A DNA stretch of 64,000 bases, from the NCBI GenBank assembly GCA_045593535.1, contig JAZNWW010000024.1, forward strand, positions 1,052-65,051, read 5' to 3'. Of this stretch, positions 59,111-64,000 are shown piece by piece. The position numbers and the translations under genes are program-made. The stretch is from Acutalibacteraceae bacterium. GTDB lineage: Bacteria; Bacillota; Clostridia; Oscillospirales; Acutalibacteraceae. Each line of letters opens with the position of its first letter. Within the stretch, counting starts at the first letter, position 1. The notes below the pieces were generated by a model. That model was not told the DNA's origin and searched no databases. It saw nothing but the letters and a program-made list of their open reading frames with translations.

Positions 59111-59157
59111 TTAGGGGTGGCAAACCCCTAACAAGTGCGTTTTAGGAGACAAAACGC
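59111..59157 (+). other. Candidate oriT
   Basis: Inverted repeat TTAGGGG-TGGCAAA-CCCCTAA (59111-59131), followed by CAAGTGCG (59132-59139), which resembles the MOBQ nic core TAAGTGCGCCCT. A second hairpin GCGTTTT/AAAACGC is at 59137-59157. Confidence 0.45.
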
Positions 59158-59199
59158 GATGCTTGCGAAGACAATGCCGTCAGCTATCCTGCTTACGGC

Positions 59200-59721
59200 T
59201 TATCGTTCTAAATCTCTTTGAGATTTATATTTCTCAACCGACTCAACATCCTGTTTGTCAACATAACAGTAGTCAACTTTCCAGTGGTTTTCTCCACGCA
59301 TATACATCTCAAGTCGAACGCTCTGGTCACTTCCGTCAAGGCTTGAGCCGTAGATGGAGTAACCTCCCATACCTGAAATAAATGCCTTGTTGTTACTGGA
59401 TACTGCATAGGTTCTGGACTCTAAAGGATACTGCTTTTCGAAGCTGTCTTCGGTGAAAACAATGTATCCGCAAATAGGTTTATGACCTTTGTCGTTTGCC
59501 TTGGAGAATAGGTCAGCCATTTCTCTATAAGTGAGTTTCACATAAGGATCTTCGGCTTTAATTTCAACACCGTGAAAGTCTTCAGCATCCAAAATATACT
59601 CGGCTCTATGCCAAGCATCGTTGACTATACGTTCCGCTTCTTGGCGGTTTTCAGCTTCAACTGTCACAGTCTTTTTGAGTGTTTCAGTAATTGTAACTTT
59701 GTACTCATTCAACTTCATCAC
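59200..59721 (-). CDS. DpnD/PcfM-like protein with an extra C-terminal domain
   Basis: The N-terminus YKVTITETLKKTVTVEAENRQEAERIVNDAWHRAEYILDAEDF matches the DpnD/PcfM pattern. Confidence 0.55.
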   Translation of the reverse strand: MMKLNEYKVTITETLKKTVTVEAENRQEAERIVNDAWHRAEYILDAEDFHGVEIKAEDPYVKLTYREMADLFSKANDKGHKPICGYIVFTEDSFEKQYPLESRTYAVSSNNKAFISGMGGYSIYGSSLDGSDQSVRLEMYMRGENHWKVDYCYVDKQDVESVEKYKSQRDLER

Positions 59722-60107
59722 CTCGAATCTCTATCAGGATTATATTGAACTGCAGTAATAGTGTCACCGACTTTAAAAAACCTTTCGGGTTTCTTGAACT
59801 TATCGGTATAGGTTTTAATCTGTTCATCGGATAGACTTTGGAAGCTGTCGCTGTCAGAAGGAGCAGCGCAAATAAATGCACTTCCGCAAACGATATCGAC
59901 CATTTCGCCATCCATATAGAGGGCTCTGTTTGCAGGCAATCCGAAGCATTTACCGTCGTCGTTACAAACTAAGGCCACTTCATCCTCGAAAGGATAAATC
60001 GCCTGTATGGTTCCACCAACGGCATTTTGCATAGCTTCTAAATCGTCACCAAGCTCAACAGTACGAGCCAATTTACCAGGCTCAAGCATAACAACCTTCA
60101 TCGACAT
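59718..60107 (-). CDS. DUF3846-like protein
   Basis: The pattern KVVMLEPGKLARTVELGDDLEAMQNAVGGTIQAIYPFEDEVALVCNDDG is typical of DUF3846. Confidence 0.55.
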   Translation of the reverse strand: MSMKVVMLEPGKLARTVELGDDLEAMQNAVGGTIQAIYPFEDEVALVCNDDGKCFGLPANRALYMDGEMVDIVCGSAFICAAPSDSDSFQSLSDEQIKTYTDKFKKPERFFKVGDTITAVQYNPDRDSR

Positions 60108-61033
60108 TGCACCTCCCTTCTTTTGGACTTTAAGATAGTAGATACAAGTAAGTCATTTAAGTCCTTATCGACAGTCGGTATATCAATAAGAACATTAAAT
60201 CGGTTTTCAAGATTTGCTTTTAAACTCTCGGCGGCAGTTATGCCAATAGCATCATTATCAAAGTGTAAAACAATGTTTTTTACATTGTGGTTCTTTAAAT
60301 ATTGCTGTAATGGTAACGGCAATTCCGAACCCTCTTTCATAATGAAAACGCCACCAAGAGATAGCATATCTTCGGCTCTCCAGTTCCTATTTTTCATAAG
60401 TTCCAAGGTGCCGTAACTGAGAAGATCTATAACCGCCTCAAAAAGATGAAGCGTATCTTTATTCTCGTTGCCCGGAATAAAAAAAGAGAACCTTTTATCA
60501 CTTCCCGCAACATCGATACGATAGTCCGTAAAGGTGGAGCGAACCGAAGCAAATTTAGGTTCTCTTTTCTCATCAAATCCTACGAATACTGCATTATGAA
60601 AATCTTTATCCTCATAAAGACGTTTTGTGTCAATACAGTAATCAAGTATTCTATTATCGATACCCCGTTTTCTTAAATAACCACGAACAAAATCATTGCC
60701 GTCATTTCTTTCAGGCAAAATAAACTCTTGCGCTTTTTTAGGCGTTATGGTTTTAGGTTGTAGTGGCTTAATAGATGTCTTTCCAAGCAAGTGAGTTACA
60801 GCTTCAGGGAGAGTCATATCACGAACCGTTACCAGAAAATCGAGAGCAGATTTACCACCAATTCGTCGAGAAGTCCAATGCCATAATCCGTTAGAAATAC
60901 GCATTGAATCGTGCTCAACGGTTGTATAAGTGTTTCTACCAACACGCTTTAATTGTTCGGGTTCATAGGTTTCAAGATAAGTGAGCAAGTCAATTTGTCT
61001 TGCACGTTCTATTTCTTCGGGCGGTATCCACAT
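60098..61033 (-). CDS. DUF3991 plus Toprim domain protein (primase-like)
   Basis: The N-terminus EEIERARQIDLLTYLE...GGKSALDFL and the C-terminal Toprim-like LHLFEAVIDLLS...HFDNDAIG. Confidence 0.6.
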   Translation of the reverse strand: MWIPPEEIERARQIDLLTYLETYEPEQLKRVGRNTYTTVEHDSMRISNGLWHWTSRRIGGKSALDFLVTVRDMTLPEAVTHLLGKTSIKPLQPKTITPKKAQEFILPERNDGNDFVRGYLRKRGIDNRILDYCIDTKRLYEDKDFHNAVFVGFDEKREPKFASVRSTFTDYRIDVAGSDKRFSFFIPGNENKDTLHLFEAVIDLLSYGTLELMKNRNWRAEDMLSLGGVFIMKEGSELPLPLQQYLKNHNVKNIVLHFDNDAIGITAAESLKANLENRFNVLIDIPTVDKDLNDLLVSTILKSKRREVQCR

Positions 61034-61053
61034 AAAAACACCTGCCTTTAAAT

Positions 61054-61392
61054 TTATGGTTCAAAACTCTCAAAAAGAGCTCTGCCACATTGCTCTAAAA
61101 AGATGTCAATGGTTTTATATGAAAATAACTTGCGACAATAAGCCGAGTACAAAAAGCTAAGCGGATAATCAATTTTTAGGAAGCCTCTTGCTGCCATATT
61201 TGAAATGTCTTTAACTTCCATATACTGAAGTAGTTTTTTCTTCGTAGCAATTTCTTCAGCCATACCTACTACCTCCTCAGCTGGCAACTTGCTTGTATCT
61301 TCAACAAAAGAGTCAAGATCGTGTTGCATTTTATAAAACAGCTTATCGTTTACCTTCATTGTTTCTGTTACAACTTTGATTTTCTTTTCCAT
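61054..61392 (-). CDS. 112-aa hypothetical protein
   Basis: The ATG at 61392 has AAAGGAG upstream. The longer ORF-track version (to 61704) overlaps the helicase 3' end and is rejected. Confidence 0.5.
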   Translation of the reverse strand: MEKKIKVVTETMKVNDKLFYKMQHDLDSFVEDTSKLPAEEVVGMAEEIATKKKLLQYMEVKDISNMAARGFLKIDYPLSFLYSAYCRKLFSYKTIDIFLEQCGRALFESFEP

Positions 61393-61408
61393 TTTTTCAT
61401 CTCCTTTC

Positions 61409-64000
61409 TTATCGTGCATCATTGGTCCTTTGAGGTGCAGGTTCTTCGTTGTCCTCACCACGCTCACCGTCCACGATTTCATTTTCTTTTTTATCCATAT
61501 TGAGTAGAATATTAAGTTCGTCAAGTCTCTTAACCTTAGCTCGATATTCTTCCTCTTTCGGGAAAGGTTTTTGAACTTCAGTTTTAGCATTTTCAAGTTC
61601 ACCACGCTCACGTTCAAGCTGTTCCTTGCAGTGAATCTGCTTTTCATCGAAAGCATTAAGCACATTATCCAATCGTAATATATTACCGAAAATATCCGTG
61701 CCAAGAGGTGTGCTGTGCGCTAATGAACCTTTCATCGTGATGATATACTCTTTTGAAAAATGGTCAAAAGACATTTCTAAAGCAAAACCCCGATAACTGC
61801 CCATACGGACTGCTTCGGGGGATTTCATTTTTTTGGTATATTCAAGTAATGCTGTACCTGCTTCTTTCTTCTCGGTATAAACCACGCCATCAATTTGCAT
61901 AGGAGAGAAACCATCCTCGTTTGGCTTGGTATTCTCATCTCTACGAACTTTGTCTTTATCGTAGCCTTCAATACGCTGTTCAATGGCGGCAATTTTAGCA
62001 GGAATAGTCTTTAGGATCATATCTTCAAGAGCAAACTTCTGACTTTGGTGGTTTGCCTTTAATAGCTTGAGTTTTTGCACCTCAATATCCAAGTCCATCT
62101 TTTCCTTGATGTGAGGATTACCCGAAGCCAACGCTTTAATTTCAGCATAGCTGAGTGCGGTTTCATCAACGTCCTCAGCAGAGCGCACAGGAGATTTACT
62201 GGTCATAATCTGACCTATAAACTTCTGCTTTGACTCTACAAGCTGATAAAGATAAGCATCGAATGTGTTTTCAGTAACATAACTGTAAATATCAACTTCG
62301 GGGTTATCATTACCTTGTCGAATGATACGACCCTCACGCTGTTGTAAATCTGACGGTCGCCAGGGACAGTCAAGGTGGTGTAGTGCTATCAGTTTCTTTT
62401 GTACGTTAGTACCGGCACCCATCTTTTGGGTCGATCCTAACAATACACGAATCTGTCCTGCACGAACCTTACCAAACAACTCTTTTTTCTGCACATCAGA
62501 ATTAGCTGAATGGATATATGCGATTTCTTCTTCGGGAATGCCTTTTTCAACGAGTTTCTTTTTAATATCATCATAGACATTAAACTTGCCATCGCCGTGC
62601 GGAGTGGATAGGTCACAGAATATCATCTGTGTAGATTTTTGATCTTCAGTACGCTTCCAAATCTCATATACATTGTTAGCGCAAGCGGTTGTTTTACTGT
62701 CTTCGTGGTCGGGCATCATATCGTTCATAAGGCGTTGGTCAAGCGCTAACTTTCTACCGTCATTGGTAATAAGCAGCATATTATCAACGCTTGAATCTAC
62801 CATCTTATTACGAACCTTTTCAGCACGCTCGGAAAGCGATTCAACAAACTCTTTTTGATGCTCTGATGGCTTCAAAACAATGTTATGATAGTTGGCTTTA
62901 GGCACAGGAAGATTGAGCATATCCGCAGTTTGAATATCCGCAACTTCCTTGAACATCATAATAAGTTCAGGAAGATTATAGAATTTAGCAAACCTTGTTT
63001 TTGCTCGGTATCCCGTACCTTCAGGAGCAAGTTCAATAGCGGTAATGGTTTCGCCATAGTTAGAAGCCCAAGCATCAAAGTGAATCAAATCTCGTTCTTT
63101 TAGTGTGTTGTACTGCAGATATTTCTGCATCGTATACATCTCAACCATACTGTTGGAAATGGGAGTACCCGTAGCAAAACAAGTACCCTTACCACCAGTA
63201 ATTTCATCAAGATAACGACACTTCATATAAAGGTCGCTGGACTTCATTGCTTCGGTTTGGCTAATTCCCGATACGTTTCTCATTTTTGTGAAAGCAGCAA
63301 GGTTTTTATAGTAGTGAGCTTCGTCGATAAATAGACGGTCTATGCCGAGTTCCTCAAAGGTAACAACATCATCTTTTCGGCTTTGGTCATTTAATTTATC
63401 GAGCTTCTGCTTAATAGATTTCTTTGATCGCTCCAACTGCTTAATTGAGAAGTTATCTCCACGATTTCTTTTTAGTTCCTCAATACCACTCAAGATTTCG
63501 TACATCTGTCGGTTAAGCAACTGAATTTGACGCTCCTGTGACATAGGAATCTTTTCAAACTGAGAGTGACCGATAATTACTGCATCGTAGTCACCGGTAG
63601 CAATTCGACCGCAGAACTTTTTGCGGTTCTTGGTTTCAAAATCCTTCTTAGTTGCAACAAGGATATTAGCCGACGGATACAACTGCAAATATTCACTTGC
63701 CCATTGGCTTGTGAGGTGGTTAGGGACTACAAACATACTCTTTTGGCAAAGTCCGAGTCGTTTGCTTTCTTGTGCAATAGCAACCATCGTAAAGGTTTTA
63801 CCTGCGCCAACAACATGAGCCAAAAGCTCGTTTTGGCCATAGATACCACGTGCAACTGCATCCACCTGGTGCTTACGCAAAGTGATTTCGGGATTGATAC
63901 CCACAAAGTTCAAATGGTCGCCGTCATATTCTCTTGCACGATGGCTATTGAATTTCTCATTATACATTTTGCAAAGTCTTTCACGGCGTTCGGGGTCATT
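61409..64000 (-). CDS. SNF2-family helicase, C-terminal part of a larger protein that extends past the right edge
   Basis: DEAH box LFIDEAHYYKN and motif VI QREGRIIRQG. The frame stays open upstream of the listed Met to position 64000 (NDPERRERLCKMYNEKF). Confidence 0.85.
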   Translation of the reverse strand, partial: NDPERRERLCKMYNEKFNSHRAREYDGDHLNFVGINPEITLRKHQVDAVARGIYGQNELLAHVVGAGKTFTMVAIAQESKRLGLCQKSMFVVPNHLTSQWASEYLQLYPSANILVATKKDFETKNRKKFCGRIATGDYDAVIIGHSQFEKIPMSQERQIQLLNRQMYEILSGIEELKRNRGDNFSIKQLERSKKSIKQKLDKLNDQSRKDDVVTFEELGIDRLFIDEAHYYKNLAAFTKMRNVSGISQTEAMKSSDLYMKCRYLDEITGGKGTCFATGTPISNSMVEMYTMQKYLQYNTLKERDLIHFDAWASNYGETITAIELAPEGTGYRAKTRFAKFYNLPELIMMFKEVADIQTADMLNLPVPKANYHNIVLKPSEHQKEFVESLSERAEKVRNKMVDSSVDNMLLITNDGRKLALDQRLMNDMMPDHEDSKTTACANNVYEIWKRTEDQKSTQMIFCDLSTPHGDGKFNVYDDIKKKLVEKGIPEEEIAYIHSANSDVQKKELFGKVRAGQIRVLLGSTQKMGAGTNVQKKLIALHHLDCPWRPSDLQQREGRIIRQGNDNPEVDIYSYVTENTFDAYLYQLVESKQKFIGQIMTSKSPVRSAEDVDETALSYAEIKALASGNPHIKEKMDLDIEVQKLKLLKANHQSQKFALEDMILKTIPAKIAAIEQRIEGYDKDKVRRDENTKPNEDGFSPMQIDGVVYTEKKEAGTALLEYTKKMKSPEAVRMGSYRGFALEMSFDHFSKEYIITMKGSLAHSTPLGTDIFGNILRLDNVLNAFDEKQIHCKEQLERERGELENAKTEVQKPFPKEEEYRAKVKRLDELNILLNMDKKENEIVDGERGEDNEEPAPQRTNDAR

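Larger units (their letters stand above)
46151..64000. mobile_element. One end of an integrated conjugative element (ICE) with a Firmicute-type T4SS; continues beyond the window
   Basis: Contiguous minus-strand genes for a CHAP hydrolase, VirB4, PrgI-like, TrbL/VirB6-like, Maff2-like, T4CP, PcfB-like, relaxase, MobC, a Toprim protein and an SNF2 helicase. The exact left boundary within 46151-46621 is unknown, and no integrase is in the window. Confidence 0.75.

Noticed and set aside
59111-59157. Two adjacent hairpins read as terminators of the DpnD/PcfM-like gene
   Set aside because: On the minus strand neither is followed by a U-tract. Together with the adjacent AAGTGCG motif, they fit an oriT better.
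61393-61704. N-terminal 104 aa of ORF 61054..61704
   Set aside because: It overlaps the 3' end of the SNF2 helicase gene in another frame. A good SD precedes the internal ATG at 61392, so only the 112-aa version is kept.

Overview
The window looks like chromosome from a low-GC Firmicute (Clostridia-like gut or rumen anaerobe, inferred from gene content and a dockerin). I see four blocks.

(1) 1-13.4 kb: a minus-strand glycoside-hydrolase operon (GH2, GH28, GH78, SGNH esterase, GH1 and accessory enzymes). A divergent DeoR regulator and a glycerol-1-phosphate-dehydrogenase-like gene follow.

(2) 15.7-39.7 kb: a 24-kb all-minus-strand glycan capture and import locus. It has two GH16 enzymes, two complete CUT1 ABC importer sets and two paralogous giant surface proteins, one membrane-anchored with a triplicated binding-like module and one carrying a dockerin plus GH16. 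Wedged between the importers are a secreted NHL-propeller/Yip1 fusion and a 739-aa lipoprotein. This is the best candidate for an undescribed system.

(3) 40-46.1 kb: a truncated PfkB kinase remnant, a PhnP-like MBL hydrolase, glpP-mgtC, and an Ldh_2 / malic enzyme / HAD-IIA operon. Both operons are preceded by a near-consensus promoter, a shared 15-nt motif and an intrinsic terminator, which suggests a GlpP antitermination regulon.

(4) about 46.2-64 kb and beyond: one end of an integrated conjugative element. It carries a CHAP hydrolase, VirB4, a VirB6/TrbL-like protein, Maff2, T4CP, PcfB, relaxase and MobC. It also has a candidate MOBQ-type oriT, a predicted leading region and a partial SNF2 helicase that runs off the window.

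I saw no rRNA, tRNA or CRISPR array. All family calls come from motif recognition by eye, with no database search.
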